From Pavona decussata (taxonomy: Eukaryota), in the NCBI GenBank assembly GCA_977016875.1, contig CDRNST010000080.1, positions 4,526,001 through 4,590,000 on the forward strand: a stretch of 64,000 nucleotides of DNA, read 5' to 3'. The number at the start of each line of letters is the position of its first letter. Positions within the stretch are counted from its first letter, which is position 1. This document shows, piece by piece, positions 1-14,505 of the stretch. Both the position numbers and the translations under genes were made by a program. The notes beneath the pieces are model-generated. The model did no database searches and was not told the origin of the DNA. It was given only the letters and a program-made list of their open reading frames with translations.

Positions 1-2268
1 CACCGACTTCGTCTGGTGGGAATACTGAGCGACCTCATTTATCTTAGGAATCACAAAAACCCCAATTTTTTCTGGAAATATATGGGACATGGTGTCTAAT
101 TAGAAAATTGTTTAGCTTCAACTATATGAGCTTAAAAATGTAATCGTTAATACTATACTTCTGGAACTAACTAGATTTTGTTGCGATGAAAAATTATCCC
201 AAGCACGTTGACTGGAGTGTGTCAGCTGTATGCTGTCACTGAGTAAATGCGAGTAAGATAGTGAAAACTGAAAAAAGGTGAAATAAAGAAGCTAACACCT
301 TCCTAGTATTCACGTTATATTCAGTCCGATGGCCTTCGTTGTTCATTGACTTTATTTAATATCTCACGACTTAGGATAACCAGAATGCCTGGTCAACACT
401 AGACGTGTCTTCTCTGTCATCCAGCGACTAAGTATTATTCAGACGGCATTTAGACGAGGAAAGTTCGTTAAAACTATTGTTTGTGCAAGTCTCAATGTCT
501 CAGTTCTGACCTTGATTCATCTTTGGCATCAATAAGACAAGAACTGAAGGCCACAAATATGTTATTTATCTCGGAATATCTAGTGTTTGCCTTAATTAAT
601 CCGCAGAACGTGATTTCGTAGGAGTCACATTAATCGCCTTTCGTGATTCTACCTGTTTCTCGGCAATAACGATTCAGTCTCGTTTTTAACAATTCAAGTT
701 CCAGATTTCAGCCTGGCCAAAATTTGAAAGTTTAACAATCAAAGTTTAAAACGTTTTGAGTTCTGGCACATGATTTATTCTATGCGTGCAATAGAACAGG
801 AATGTTTAATATAATCCGATCATAAATGATTTCATTGATTAATGCCGATTGTCTTTCCTCTGTGCTATTGGTGTTTTCTCAACGTTGTAGGATTTGATAT
901 AAGCTTATTAGCTCTTAAAACACAATGAATTACTTCGTAGTCATGCGACGTCTGTTTATACGTTTTTCAACTTTAAATTTTAACCCTCAGCGTTAAGAAT
1001 GAATCTGGCACTCAATTTAGAAGGGGAATAGATACTGATTCATCACATCGCCACTTAACAATTACTTTCCAAGATAGTTCTGTCTAACCATCATCAACAA
1101 AGCATCTGCAGTTTTCTGTTCCAAAGAGTATCTGCAGTTTTTGGCAGTAAAATTTTGGGCGAAGATACTATATGTAGTCGTTTTAGGCAGTACAAAATGT
1201 CAATTTTTTAGCCAGAATGCAGATCAGATAGGGAGTGTTTTCTTGACACTCGGCAGGTTTCGCAATAAGAGTCAAATAACCACTTGAGGAGTTTATAATA
1301 AAAACAAAACATGTTCGTCATACAAAAAGAATTGGTCATACGTGGTTACTGTCAAAGTATTTGTCTGTAAGCAGCCAGCATAAGACGCTCTTCATATGTC
1401 ATATACCTCCTCACAGGCTTTTTCAAAGGAAACAGGATGTTTTTTCATCCTTAGTTTTAACGCCAGCTGGAGACAATGCCTCCCGGAGATGAACAAGTTC
1501 ACATCTGTGACAGTTTGTAACTGTTTTTGATGTAGTACATTACACCGCCATTGCACAATCATCAGCGGAATGCAAATGACTCATAAAAGCTTCAGCTTAC
1601 ACTAACAGATTCAGTTGACCTCTCAATTGGAAAAACCCATTAGTCGTACAGTTTGGCAAATACAAAACACTCTTTCTTTATACGATAAACAGTGGTGTGT
1701 TTATTCATTTTGTTACATCCATGTGAATATGTGTTCAAAGGGTCTTGATACTGCAGTAAAAACTGGGGCTTTAACGGGGACTTTAGAACTTTCAGTACAC
1801 TTCAACTGTCTGAGTTAGTTGCGTTGGGGCACAGGGCCTAAATGGACAAATGATTGCTTGGGAAATAGAAGCGGATTTGACAATTCGTGATAAATGTGAT
1901 ACGAATCACTCCAGAGTGACAAATCTTTCCGGATCAGTCAACACATTCTCATAGTTAGCCACATTACGTTTTATTGGGTTGCCGTCTTATCATCTGTCAG
2001 GTTAATTTATCACGCGAACTCACGGAATGATGAACGCTTGGATGATTTCCCAAACCTATAAAAACATCACTTAATTTCTTGGAAGGAGAGCCTCATCGCG
2101 GAGAGATACCCACCAGCAATGGTTACCTCTTAACTCGACACATATGCAGTTTGTCGACAATATCGAATAATTGAACAAGGTCACTTATAGCATATCAATC
2201 AACTAAACAGCCAGACAGCGCCCGAAGTACACAAGCTATTGTAGACATAGCACTGCACTGAAGGACTG

Positions 2269-3213
2269 ATGCAACCAACCTATTACGTGATCCCTTTGGG
2301 CTGCATGTTTGTTCTAATCGTTGTAACAAATAGCTGTGTGTGTCTGCTTGTTTACTCCTACACGAGCCTACGGACATACACCAATGGAATTGTCGTGTCT
2401 CTTGCTGTGTCAGATATCCTTACAGGTGCGCTTGTGCTTCCGTTGTACATCGCCGCACCAACGTTCGATGGGACAGGTTACTTTGTGTCTGCAATTATGC
2501 TCACAGGAGTCGCAAATGTATGCGCCGTCACTCTAGACAGATATCTGGCGATTAAAAAACCATTTGTTTATCACACTGTTATGGAGAGACACTTTTGGAA
2601 ACTTATAGCATCCTCGTGGACTCTTCCGATAGCCATCTCAATCATCCCTCTTAGTTTCAACTCTGAGAATGTGTTTCTAGCGAACAGCATTTACCTCTTT
2701 TTGCTACAAGGCTTAGGTGTTATTGTACCGTACATTTTTGTCTTCGTTGCTTACTACCAGATCTTTCAACAAGCAAGGACCATTGTCAAGAGAATACGAA
2801 GAGAAAGCAGTCTCAGTTGGCGTGCCGTGGATAAGAGAACAGAGAGGAAACGCGATGTGGATTCAGAGGCAAAAGTTGCCAAAATGTTTTCAGTTATCGC
2901 AATTTCCTTCATCTTAAGTTGGATGCCAGTCATATACCTTACTAGCGTTGGAGCTGCTGTTGAAGACCAAGGATTATTGAAGCTACTCTCACCTGAGTGG
3001 CTGACAGTCCCATCACTGTTCACCATCGCACTAGGTTCCATGGTCAATCCTGTGATTTATTCATTTTTTAAGCCAGATTTCAGACGCATCTTGAAAAAGT
3101 TATTGCGAAAGTGCAAGCCGACACGAAAACAAGCATATCGCCCGTCCTTGAAGATACCGACAATTGTAGAGAGGCTAGAAAGGGGTGAAGATGACCAAGA
3201 AACTGACCTCTGA
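2269..3213 (+). CDS. Class A (rhodopsin-like) 7TM GPCR, paralog 1, single coding exon
   Basis: 314 aa ORF with seven hydrophobic segments. Motifs: SLAVSD (TM2), LDRY (TM3), SWMP (TM6), NPVIY (TM7), and helix 8 FRRIL. Confidence 0.95.
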   Translation: MQPTYYVIPLGCMFVLIVVTNSCVCLLVYSYTSLRTYTNGIVVSLAVSDILTGALVLPLYIAAPTFDGTGYFVSAIMLTGVANVCAVTLDRYLAIKKPFVYHTVMERHFWKLIASSWTLPIAISIIPLSFNSENVFLANSIYLFLLQGLGVIVPYIFVFVAYYQIFQQARTIVKRIRRESSLSWRAVDKRTERKRDVDSEAKVAKMFSVIAISFILSWMPVIYLTSVGAAVEDQGLLKLLSPEWLTVPSLFTIALGSMVNPVIYSFFKPDFRRILKKLLRKCKPTRKQAYRPSLKIPTIVERLERGEDDQETDL

Positions 3214-4904
3214 GCAGGCTTAATCTCTTGCTGGGATAATCAGACAAATGTGTTTTAAAAAACTCTTCAAAAATTGGTCACACTAACTGCCTTTAAAAGT
3301 TGTTTCCCGATGCCCCTAACGAGATAGGTAATAAAAGCCTTAAGCCAAATCTTATCGTGGAAAAAATTGTACAATTCTGCAGTTTTACAGAAACGCTTTC
3401 CGCTATTCAGTTACCATGACACTTTATAATGACTACCAGTAAGACAGTGCACAGATTTTAAACACTGAAAAAAGTGTGTCTAAAGAACATGGTCACAGAA
3501 ATACACAATTCAGTTTTACACCACGACAGCGGTTGATATTATCGCCAGAATATGATAGTTGTAAATATTAAGGTCGACTGTCTAAAACTGACTAAAAAGA
3601 TCAACAACTAATGTAAATAAAAAAACAATTCCATAGTGTTGAGAGCTAACCTTTTGCTGAATGTATTATAAATGCTTCATCGTATGATCTGTTCGTGATA
3701 CTGAAAGTCCAATCGCATGTGATCCCCGCATGACAAATGGAAAACGTACAGGAAACGAATCCAGCCTTTACACATTTTTTAAACAAATGTTGCTCAGACA
3801 CCAAACAACACCAGCAACAATTATAATATTACTTAGCTCTTAGTCTTGTGTTTGTATTGTTTTGTCTGCTAGGGCACTTATGATTTGAGGTATTCTGCCC
3901 CATATGGTTTTCAGTAATGGAAGAGGTGACTGATGGGATGTGTGGTAACGTTCCGACTATTAACCTTTTCTCTCACTAGTCATAAGTACTACTAGTATTA
4001 GTATTACTATTCAGATATTACTTACACAACATTGTAGCTTACATTTGTGTAGACACACTTGAGAATTTCCTCCAAAAATGTTTTGGTCAGAACTACTATA
4101 AGTCTACTTTAACAAGAACTTGCTCCTGTCGCACCGAGAAAATATTAAGTGATTTTCTTAAGGAAGAACAAAGTATGATTAATTGATTCTCAAAACACGT
4201 GGAAAAAGCCTGGCCACGTTTGTCAAGTTGTAATCCATTTCCATCCTAAAAATTCTAGGTTAAGCCATAGAGGTCATCTTTCTTATCTCCTGTGTGTCTC
4301 AGTTCTGTTTTTCATGATATGCTGGAAAGGAAATCAATAATACATGTATAAAAACAATTAGAAAATGCTTTCCTGCTTGGCTTATTGCCTCAGGGGTGTG
4401 GATCTAAACGACGTTTAAAGAATATCGAGCAAAAATTTATCTTTTGACAGTGTAACACGTTTTAAAAGTCTGTTCAATCGAGTCACAAGACACGCTGCAG
4501 CAGGATAGTTATGTCCAGACGACCGGTTTCATGTGGCTGATCACTTAAGTGTCGGGCTTAAGTTCAACCAAGCTCGTGACACAAACATAATCCTGTAAAT
4601 CTACCTCCCCTATCAGACTCCTCTTCGATCATTCTAGATATCCGCAAAGTAGCCAGACGTCGGTCTCGCATTTTCGCTTCACGGTAAAAAAAGACAATAT
4701 GACGCTAAAGCTGTCATTCACACCCCATTGTGCTATGCTTCAGTTAGTTCTATGGGATAGTTATGGAAAAGCTTCATTTAAGTTTATTGAAACCTCAAAA
4801 TTAGAAATACGTCTCCCCCCCTCTCATAGTCCCCTAGTAAAATAAGTCCCCCCACCCCTCCCCACTTGTGGGCTGAAAATAAGTCACCAGGAGGAGTAAT
4901 AGAG

Positions 4905-5091
4905 ACCAAACTGATTGCAGGGCTAACACTACAGCAAAGGGGTTATTTATTTGGGCCAATATTTCAACTGGTAAAACTAGTCTTCCTCAGGGCCAGTGTA
5001 ACTCTGGCTCTGAAGAAAGTTGTACTCGTTGAAATATTGGCCCAAATAAATAGCCCCTTTGCCGTAGTGTTAGCCCTGCAATCAGTTTGGT
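4905..5091. mobile_element. Foldback MITE (long palindrome)
   Basis: ACCAAACTGATTGCAGGGCTAACACTAC... at 4905 is the reverse complement of ...GTAGTGTTAGCCCTGCAATCAGTTTGGT ending at 5091. Arms are about 70 bp. Confidence 0.8.
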
Positions 5092-7306
5092 TTATTTACA
5101 CGTAAAGTGACGTCTGGCACGTGTGTTTCTACTACAAGTGATCCGACAACGAAAAGTATTCAGAACAGTTTATTCTGCGTCGTGTGGTCCCCTGCATCCA
5201 AAAGTTTAGTAATAGAGACTCAGTTGTTCTCTCGCGTCATTCCTCTGATTTGCACTCTCTTCCAGCCCCTTATTGTAAGACTGCGAGTGTGTACGTGGGC
5301 TCATACTGAATTTTGCACTGAATAACAAAATAGTCAGCCAGATCAGTTGCATTGTAAAACTAGACAGCCAGTATCAACCTATACTACCCCGTTCATACAC
5401 CTCACACTGCTACAACTGAGTAAGAAGGGAAAATAATGCATTTAAAATGAAGTGAACATTGTAGCGGAGTGACAAATTTTATATCAAACATTTTAAAACA
5501 TCGGACCAAGATATTAACCACTTTCCTGCCGTTGCTGCGAGCGATTTTTTTTTTGTTTTTGTTTTATTTGTATCCATATAGTCGCGTAAAATGAAAACAC
5601 AACGTTTGTTTCTGAATATTTTCGTCCTTTAACTAGCCTATGTTGATATTTGTTTTATAAACACAATAACCACCGCGGGAAATTACTACATCCGCGCGCA
5701 ACAAACACAGAATTATGGAATTAATAATGAAGGTGACATTTCGGTTTTGAAATATATGTATTTCGGACGTTAAGGTTAAGATATATTAAATTTTTTTCCC
5801 TTTCAGCAGAAACTAGACACCAATTCTTTATTGTCGCAAAAGACGTTTCACGTTGTTGAAGGCACATTTAAATTGAATTTATAACGTAGTTGAGTTTTTC
5901 ATTTCGTTCTTGAAGGTGCCAGTACTTAGCCGCCATACATATTAATTTGACTATTTAATTCACAGTTGTCCATGATAATCAAATAAGAATACAGTGGAAA
6001 GAAAAATCGTTTGGTGTAAGATCAATTTACGTGAGAGAGCTACCTTCGTTTTTCTTTTTTCTCCAGTAAATACCGGTTTCCTCGCTACTTAATCGAAAGT
6101 CGCTTACACCTGAAAGGATCAAAAACGAAAGACCTTCGTCAAAGTATCAAACCATCGTGAAGAAACTTCGCTTTTGCGATGTGATGATTGGGCGACTTTC
6201 AAGCCTTTTTCTCATTTCTCTAGGCATGTATTTATTTTGAGGATTTCGAGATTTTTTCCTCAAAAAATACAGCGTCTTCTAATTGCAATTACACCCTTAT
6301 GGTGCTTCAGCTGCCTTAAGTGTGCGTTTGTTTCAAGCTCGACCAATCATATTTCAGGTCATTGTTGTCAAAAGGCAATGTCAAAAATTGAAGTGAAATC
6401 GCTGGAACGATCTAGTGCCGCATGTTGCCATGCGAAACAACTTTTCAAATAAATATCACAAAGATGGACGATAACTTATGTGAAACTGCATCTTCCCGCT
6501 GGTTCGATGTCAATTAGTGTACTTGACTTATGCAAAACAGCCGATTGGTTTATTGTCATGAATATAATCTACTTGCTGAAGAAATTTTATTCAAGCTCAA
6601 GGCGGCTTTGTATGTCCTTAATGAATCTTAATTACTCTTTAGTGTATTTCAAAGCGTTACACAAGAAAGTAAATATTTTCTGGTGTTTATATGACTGCCT
6701 AGCACCACCGAATGGTTGGTTGATTTTCTTTTCGAAAGAGCAATTAAGATTCATTTCCTATCTTAATGTTTATAGTAGATTGAACAATAATTGGTTTTCA
6801 AGATCAGGAAATTGCGCGAAAGGTGGCATTAACTATCATAAAAAAAACATCAGAAACGTATTCCAGTTGTAAAAGCATTCACAGTAATAAGTTGTCCGTG
6901 TTACACGAAAAAGGATTACTTCTATGGTGACTGATGAGAATATAATCTAAAACGAAGACCACAGGAAATTTCGAGGTAGTCATTTGTTATAACAATAAGC
7001 TCTCCAGGGACACAACAACATATTCATAACAGAAGTAAAAAAAAAACAACTGCATTCAAATGAACGCTGCCCCAAGCGAGGGATTAACAAAATAACGTCC
7101 ACTTTTATTCTTTACAGCACGATTCGACGACAAGCAGCAATCAGTGTACTCTGGATAAAAAGACAGTCATCTATGGTCTCCGCAATGGTTGACCAGCAAA
7201 CAAATGTCGAACCAAGAAAAGTCAAAAGAAAGTACATCACGGTGAAGAGTTGAATACATTTAGTACTGGGTGAAGAGACAGCTAAAGAAGAGTACATTGA
7301 AGAATC

Positions 7307-8305
7307 ATGACCGGGACGGATCAAAACATCTATGTGCAGGTTTCACTTAGCATACTATCATTTTTGATCGTGGTCTCAAACTTTTGTGTTTGCCTTCTGG
7401 TTTACTTGAAGAAGGCTTTAAGGACGAATACAAATTGGTTGATGGTTTCGCTGGCCGTGTCGGACATATTAACGGGAGGAGTTTTGCTGCCTGTGTATCT
7501 CATTTTACCTAATTCGGTCGTAACGAGCTACTTAGTCTGCATGATACTGCTGTCAGGTGTTGCTAACCTGTGCGCGGTCACGTACGATCGTTACATCGCT
7601 ATTATGAAACCGTTGGAGTATCCGTATCGAGCACCAAAGATGCTCAAACGAGCCGTGGTACTTTCGTGGCTGATTCCAGCTGTATACTCTTTACTTCCGT
7701 TGTTTTGGAACACGAACCCTGACCTCAAGATACACAAAGCATACATGGTGTGCTTGCAGTTTTTTGGCATCGTCGTACCCTACGTATTTATAACTTTTGC
7801 CTACGTTCGAATGTTTAAGCAAGTGAGACGGAGTTTGACGATGAAAAGAAATATGGAATCTCTCAGGGTACACAAGAGTGAACGCAAACGAATTTCATCA
7901 GATGCTAAAGTAGCCAAAGTTTTTTCCATAGTTGCCTCGGCCTTCATTCTGTGCTGGCTCCCGATCATTTACATAACAACCGCAGACATTATAAATCGTC
8001 TTGACATCATCCCTTATTCCCTGTCTATTGTTTCTTTTTTCACCATAGCGACTAGCTCGCTGGTCAATCCACTGATGTATGCTTTCCTAAAACCGGATTT
8101 TAAGATGGCCATTCGGACATGTTTTCGGAAGAGCACTCGAACAGACACAGCCTCGACAATTCGCAGCCTGCCACTGGCTTCTTTAACAGGAGGGACAGGA
8201 CGAAAGTACGAAGAAAAACTAACAGAGCGTCTGGCAAAGTTGGAGGATGACTCTTCGTCCAAAGACAACAACTCAAACAATGCTTCGATGGAAAATTTTT
8301 CTTAG
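7307..8305 (+). CDS. Class A 7TM GPCR, paralog 2
   Basis: 332 aa with SLAVSD, YDRY, CWLP and NPLMY. Shares LRTxTN and SxAKVAK with the other paralogs. A possible 5'UTR splice acceptor (TTTTATTCTTTACAG) ends at about 7118. Confidence 0.95.
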   Translation: MTGTDQNIYVQVSLSILSFLIVVSNFCVCLLVYLKKALRTNTNWLMVSLAVSDILTGGVLLPVYLILPNSVVTSYLVCMILLSGVANLCAVTYDRYIAIMKPLEYPYRAPKMLKRAVVLSWLIPAVYSLLPLFWNTNPDLKIHKAYMVCLQFFGIVVPYVFITFAYVRMFKQVRRSLTMKRNMESLRVHKSERKRISSDAKVAKVFSIVASAFILCWLPIIYITTADIINRLDIIPYSLSIVSFFTIATSSLVNPLMYAFLKPDFKMAIRTCFRKSTRTDTASTIRSLPLASLTGGTGRKYEEKLTERLAKLEDDSSSKDNNSNNASMENFS

Positions 8306-8725
8306 CATTCATTGAACTGCATGTGAGATACAATACCCACTCAAAAGTAATCCTCTAAATCAACTGGGTCCCTATTTTGTATAGCTTTTATAGTATGAGT
8401 ATAATCACATTGTAATAATGAACGTCCGAATTAAAGAAGTTCAGAATAATAGGCAAGCTATTAGCCACTATTGAGCGAAAGCGACGCTATGCCTGTTAGA
8501 AGAATCCGGATACTTAGTGTAAAAACATCTAAGTGAACTTTCTATTGTTCGGCGATGCTTTGAATGTGCAATAATAGAAAGCAAAAGACCAACGCATTTC
8601 TCTAAATGAGCAATGGTTCAGGCCTGTTGGTATTTCATTACCAATACCACAATGTCTCGAGGTTTTTTTTCTCGCGCTAATTAAAGGAACTGTAGACGAA
8701 AAGCCATTCCGTTCGTCTCCTGCCA

Positions 8726-9090
8726 AGGGAGTTTTAGCAACGCGACGCCAACGAGAACGTCAAAAATCAATAGGTTTTGTAACCAAAACAACAACTCTGC
8801 ATGTGCATTACACTTTTTGGTACATTTCTTTGCCGTCACTGCACGACTAAGACGTGAAATTACCTGATGGCACGTTTTATGGAGGACGTAAACACACGAC
8901 GAAGAATTTTTCTTTCTCTTTCTAAACTTGGGTGCGGCCTCCAAGAAATCATGTCCAGAAAATTTCACCTACATTTGACATTTAAGGCAAATTGGAATAA
9001 TTGCGACGATGTTTGAGAAAACGCGAATTAATTTTAATAGTGACGTTCTCGCTGCCGTCGCCGTCGCCGTCGTCGTTTCTAAAATTCCCT
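8726..9090. mobile_element. Non-autonomous TIR element (MITE)
   Basis: Termini AGGGAGTTTTAGCAACG... and ...CGTTTCTAAAATTCCCT. The subterminal GAGAACGTCA/TGACGTTCTC pair is also inverted. Confidence 0.75.
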
Positions 9091-12000
9091 AATGTCACCA
9101 AGTTGTTCACGGGTCTTTTGCCACATGAAATCATTACGCTAATGGCACCCACTTATTTTGAAGCGTTTCAACTGAAGTGAATCAGTAAAATAGGCCAATT
9201 GTTTTATTACAGAAGAGGTGCGCTAGTATAGTACCCTGTTATCACGTGTTGCTTCACATCCGCCGATCTTCTCTGCCGCCGCATTAATCTTTCTTTCGCC
9301 TGAGAATTACCGTCCCGCAAAAGGCAAAATTCAGATTCCCATCAACGTTATAATCATATGAGAACGGTGCAAAATAATTCTCACAAGAAATAACCAAAGA
9401 GCAAACGCAGGGGTAAACGCGGGAAAATTCTCAGTGATCTAACAACAAATTTCTGAGTTTAGAAAAAGCTACTTCTACCATAGGAAAGAGGAATTACAGT
9501 CTCGTGACCTCCTTTATACTCGAATACCGTAAACGGCTTCTCAACTGTTCATTAAGCCGCGGTCTAGGGCCAATTTTCCATCAAGTTCCACATTCAGAAA
9601 CTGTGTTTCCACAACGAGTATGGTATAACACGAGTGGATGTTTTCAAGAACAGACCTGATGCTACTAATGGGAAATGTTTCCACGGGTGTTCGCCCAAGC
9701 TTTTGCAGCGGCCAAGAAAAGGCTTTTTTGTTTCTGTCATGAACTAAACGATCCCGTGAGTCTAAACCTAACTTTCCATCACTTTTAGCCTCCATGCAAT
9801 ACTAAAATCGGTTTCTTGACTGTTTTCTGCATTTTTTCTTGTACCAATTCAAATCACCCTACAAGCAGACCCTGTCTTGATACCCCAGAAAGGCTCTGTT
9901 AGCTCCGAAAACGCCAACATAAATCCTCGTGAAGGGTTCAATAAATGGTGCACCGCGCAGCATCCGTGACACAAATGGTGAAAAACCCTCAGCACTCAGT
10001 TAACTTTCACGGCAGAGTTAATTCTCCGACTCACCAAAATTAATCCTTAGCACGGTACCTCAGAATTCCATCTTGAGACACAAAAGGTAGAACAACAAAC
10101 CTCCGACCAATCAAGGTTTTATTTTTCAATGAAACATGCATATATATACACATGCATGCAACATAGAAGTAGCCTTGAACTTAAAATTTGGAATGTAGAT
10201 AAAGCAGCAGTTGGATCGAGGTTTTGATTACCAAATGAATCTGTGCCCAGTGGAGATTATACTACTGTCTGTTCTCAAATGGTGTGAGTAAACATTAATT
10301 AAGGTTAGGCCATACATTTTTAATTGTGACGCCGTTCACACAGAGTTGTCTTTTGGGCAGAGGCGTGGATGACATTGCAGACATTTTCCTATGACAAAAG
10401 CAACTAAAACGAAACAAAAACAATTTGTCTTCTAGGTTACTCATCTGCTACATACATACTTTATCCTTCTCCTACCGTTTTGCTTTGCTGGACGGGCTTT
10501 TCTTTAGTTTGTCTCGTTTTGTTTTTTTGTTTGTAATCTTAATTCCCTGCTAGGAGCTGTTTCTTTAGCTCGTGATTGATTTAACGTAAACTGCACTTAT
10601 TACTTGGGCTTCCCAAAGGGAGACCAAGTTGAAAATTGCCCTTCGTTTTTTTTTTTTTTTTTTTTCCTCATTCAGTCACAAATCGCCGTCTGGGCCTTAA
10701 AACGCATGCGCAGGTAATCTTGTTCGCTGCATGGGTTTGCATGGGTCGGCCGTTTTTTAGTCGACGATTTTCGCGTTTTCCGAAGGAAAACACGACTTTT
10801 CGAAATGGTACGTCGAAAGAAGAACTACTTGGGAATACTCAACAGTTTCGATAGCGGAAATCCGAGAAATAACGGCGAAGAAACTGTGCTTCGAGTACAA
10901 ATTGTTGTTTTATCCAGGCGACGAGTTAGCGCGGTTAGCGGAGCGCGGACATCTCAAATCCTTATTCAGGCCACGGACTTTCTACAAAATATTTTAGCAC
11001 TTCTGGGAATTCAACGGCTGAAAAATTACAGGTTTGATCGTGAATTTGTACTGAAATACTATTCTAATTGACCGATTCTTTATATTCTGAACAGTGTTAG
11101 CGAAAATTTGAAAAACGTGCCACGCACGGGTTAATAAATTCGCTTCGAAATGGACTGATAGTTCCTTCAAATCGCTTTCGCGTCTCTCGTCTCGCATTTA
11201 GAATTATAAGCGTTTCTTTCTTAGGCGTAAACAAAGACTTTTCTGAATAAAATTTTCCTTTAGGAAAGCATTCTGTCTGTTTTCCCATCTATTTTAATTG
11301 CCAAAATGTGACAACTGCGTAATCTTGCGTAAACAAACGCATGCACTGGAGACGGATCAAATTTCGCCTATGTGACGCGAGGACAAATTTCATACAGAAA
11401 TTTCCACGAAACACCAATTTCAATCAGAATTCCCTTATTTCAAAAAACAAAAACTTTTGCGAGGGGGGGATGAAGCCAACACAAGATATCCCTGCCCACT
11501 TTGCTAAATCCTGTTGGCCAGATAGATGCACACATAGGTTGAAAGCTCGGATTTTACTGTCAGAACCAGAGGGTACAATTTAGACCAGGAATATACATTG
11601 CTTTCAATATACTTGCTTGTACTATGTTGTAAAACAATCAACAAATGACAACTGAGATTTTATCATGTCAACTTTCTGGCGTTTACAGCTGGGTATGCCA
11701 GGAAAGAAGCCCAAGTTCACGCACATATGCGTCTTGTTTGTCAATTATGGTGATTTTAATGTAAAAAGTTACTTCAAATTTTGCTGAATAACTTCATCTG
11801 CAGAGGACTTCTCCGATCAAGAGTTCTCTGGACTGTCGAGATGTCCAAGACGAACAGAAGAGGCTGACCACAAAAATTTAAATGACGCTGAAAAACGTAC
11901 TGTACATTGAGAACATAAACGTCAACAGTATATAACAGTTCTTTCAATTGCCCACGAATGGCAAAAGAGAACGCCTTCTCATTCTCTGCAAATATCGTCT

Positions 12001-14269
12001 ACAAAAATGTCTAAATCGCGCGTATTGTTGCCATCTGAAACAGAACATTTTCTTACCTCACGTAGCGGATAGCTGACCAAGATAGGAGGTAGTGCGGTAC
12101 CTGAGAACGAGATTAAAATTGTAATACCAACGAATTTCTGGACATACGCATGCGCATACGGTAACTACAAAACGACAGCGGAACAATTCCTAGCAGACAT
12201 AAAAAGCTGTCCGTTAGAATAAAAAGTCAGCGGTTTCAATGTAACACAGTTATTGTTCTCGGTTGTAAATGAACGATTGTGTTACTCTAAAGAGATTGCT
12301 AAAGGTTTGTTCTTCCTTGTCTTGTGTAGAGTTGGTCTAAAAAACCCTGGTCCTTTTAACTGTGTTTTCTCCAAACTGATGTGACCACTACAGTGGCACT
12401 TAGCCACTCTATAACTCATCGATCAGTTCCGACAGCAAAATAGCTAAGTAAATAAAAGCCCGACCAGACATTACAATACGAGATGTAACCTCATTTGTAC
12501 TGACAGGGAGGAACTTGCATTCGCAGAGGCTTTGAAAGAGGCTGGAAGTAGGTTGAAGGAAAAGGAGCTTGAGGTTGATGGACCTCTCTAACAGAATCGC
12601 AGAGAGGTCTGGTTGATCAAAGATCATTTGCGTCAGAATGCGCGGGATAGGATTGGCATGGTTACTACTGAGTGAAGGAAGATGGAGAAGGATACTGTAG
12701 GTTCTGTGGGGCTGTCTCAGCAGGGTGCGTGGCAGTTGAAGAGATCGATCTGTTATCAGTGGAGCTCGGATGTATGCTACTATGCCTATCATGTGACCTT
12801 TGTCAGCATATGCCAACGTGTATAAACGGAAGCCGTGAGTTAGTTAAGGCTGCTGACGAGTACAGATTGTACTTGCCCTTTGTAAATGTTGACTTAACTG
12901 AAATCTTTTGGCATACAATCGTAGAATCTTCTCAGTTCGGCATTTCTCTGGCATTGTTTGGTAATCTTTGCATGTCTCCGATTCGTGCTTATAACTGTAG
13001 CATGATAGAGTATTGAGTGTCGAAAGTAATTCAAGTTTACTTTGGTTTTCCTTTACTACGGTCTGTGATTGACTAAAAGACTCGCCCCACTACCTCAAAC
13101 AACTTCAAATTTTCAAATTAAAACCAATGGTGGCTTGAGCTTGCCGTATTTATTTACTGGTTTATTTTCATCGGGATATGATTCAACTTCATCACGTAGT
13201 TTGGTTTTCTTGCTTATCGCCTGATAGCCGACTAGAGTTGTATTTAGGAAACTGAATTGCATTAATAAGACTGCTCTGACTATCGTACAATCTTCGTGAC
13301 TCCTCGAAGATCTATGAATAATAGTGCTTCATATACGTCTTCGGAGAGAAACGTTGACGCTATCTGAAGAATTTCTCTTTCAATCAATATATGCCTGCTT
13401 AACGATATGGGATTTTCGTTCCAGTGTTCACGTTGCAATTTGTCTTACACAGTTTCTACAAGATATTTTGAAAGAGTTACATACATGTTACGCATAAAAA
13501 GGTCTGAAATAAAGAGCACAGTTACAAATAAATGAGAGAAACTACATAACTTCTTCAGATAAAAAAAAAGAAAACAACAATAAAATGTCTTTCTAAACCT
13601 AAAAAAAAGCGTTTCGGTTATTACGTCGAACTGATATTCAATCTTCATTTTAACAAATACAGCGAAAACATACAACGTAAGATCATCGGAACTGATCTGT
13701 CAAACTGCTGTATGTGAATTTATTTTAATATGTTAAACTGAGGAGTACAAGCAGTCTGATTACAACACACGTTTTTAGTTTGACAGGTTGCCAAAAACTG
13801 TTGACGTGCTAGCTTCCTGCATGAACTATTTAATCCCACGAAACTAATTACAATGTCACTGCTTAATTATTTTTTATATTTCCATGCTAATATGAAACCG
13901 TTCTCTACCAATGCGGGCAACGATCAAAATTAACAACTTTTCACAATTCATTTTGTAGAGAAATTGAAAATAACCGGTGGCACAACTGGGGAAGCACTGC
14001 TCACAGCTTTTCCTTGAATGGCAACACTTGCCTCCATCGCCAGTCTCAGTGATGACCAAATCACATGTCTGAAGCTGACTCAAGAAAGGATCGGTGGCTT
14101 TCGCACTGAACAGTCAATATTCGCTGTAGTAACTTTAAACAATAGCTATTTTGGTTACTCTGAAAAGCACTCATGTTCTATTTGTTATCTAAGTTTAGGT
14201 TGAGCTACTCTTGCGATAACAAAAATAGCATAAACATCTCTCTTTGTTAAACTGATACCAAAACCACAT

Positions 14270-14505
14270 ACCACAAAACATTTTACACAAAGAAATGTGT
14301 AAATTTCGTTTTCATTTCATTTTGATATATCTAAAAATCTCTTACAAATATAATTCGCTGAAAACCAAAAAAAAAATGACCCGAAAAACCACAAAACATT
14401 TTACACAAAGAAATGTGTAAATTTCGTTTTCATTTCATTTTGATATATCTAAAAATCTCTTACAAATATAATTCGCTGAAAACCAAAAAAAAATGACCCG
14501 AAAAA
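14270..14505. repeat. Near-perfect direct tandem duplication, about 118 bp x2
   Basis: ACCACAAAACATTTTACACAAAGAAATGTG...TGACCCGAAAA occurs twice head to tail. The copies differ visibly only in A-run length. Confidence 0.9.

Noticed and set aside
10684-11355. TIR element
   Set aside because: The interior is CpG-rich and repeat-like, but terminal complementarity is only about 6 bp (CCGTCT/AGACGG), too weak to call.
12409-13016. Overlapping 135 aa and 114 aa ORFs as a gene or RT fragment
   Set aside because: The region looks somewhat coding and contains ADKG, but I recognised no consistent RT or endonuclease motifs, and the starts are non-ATG. Left uncalled.
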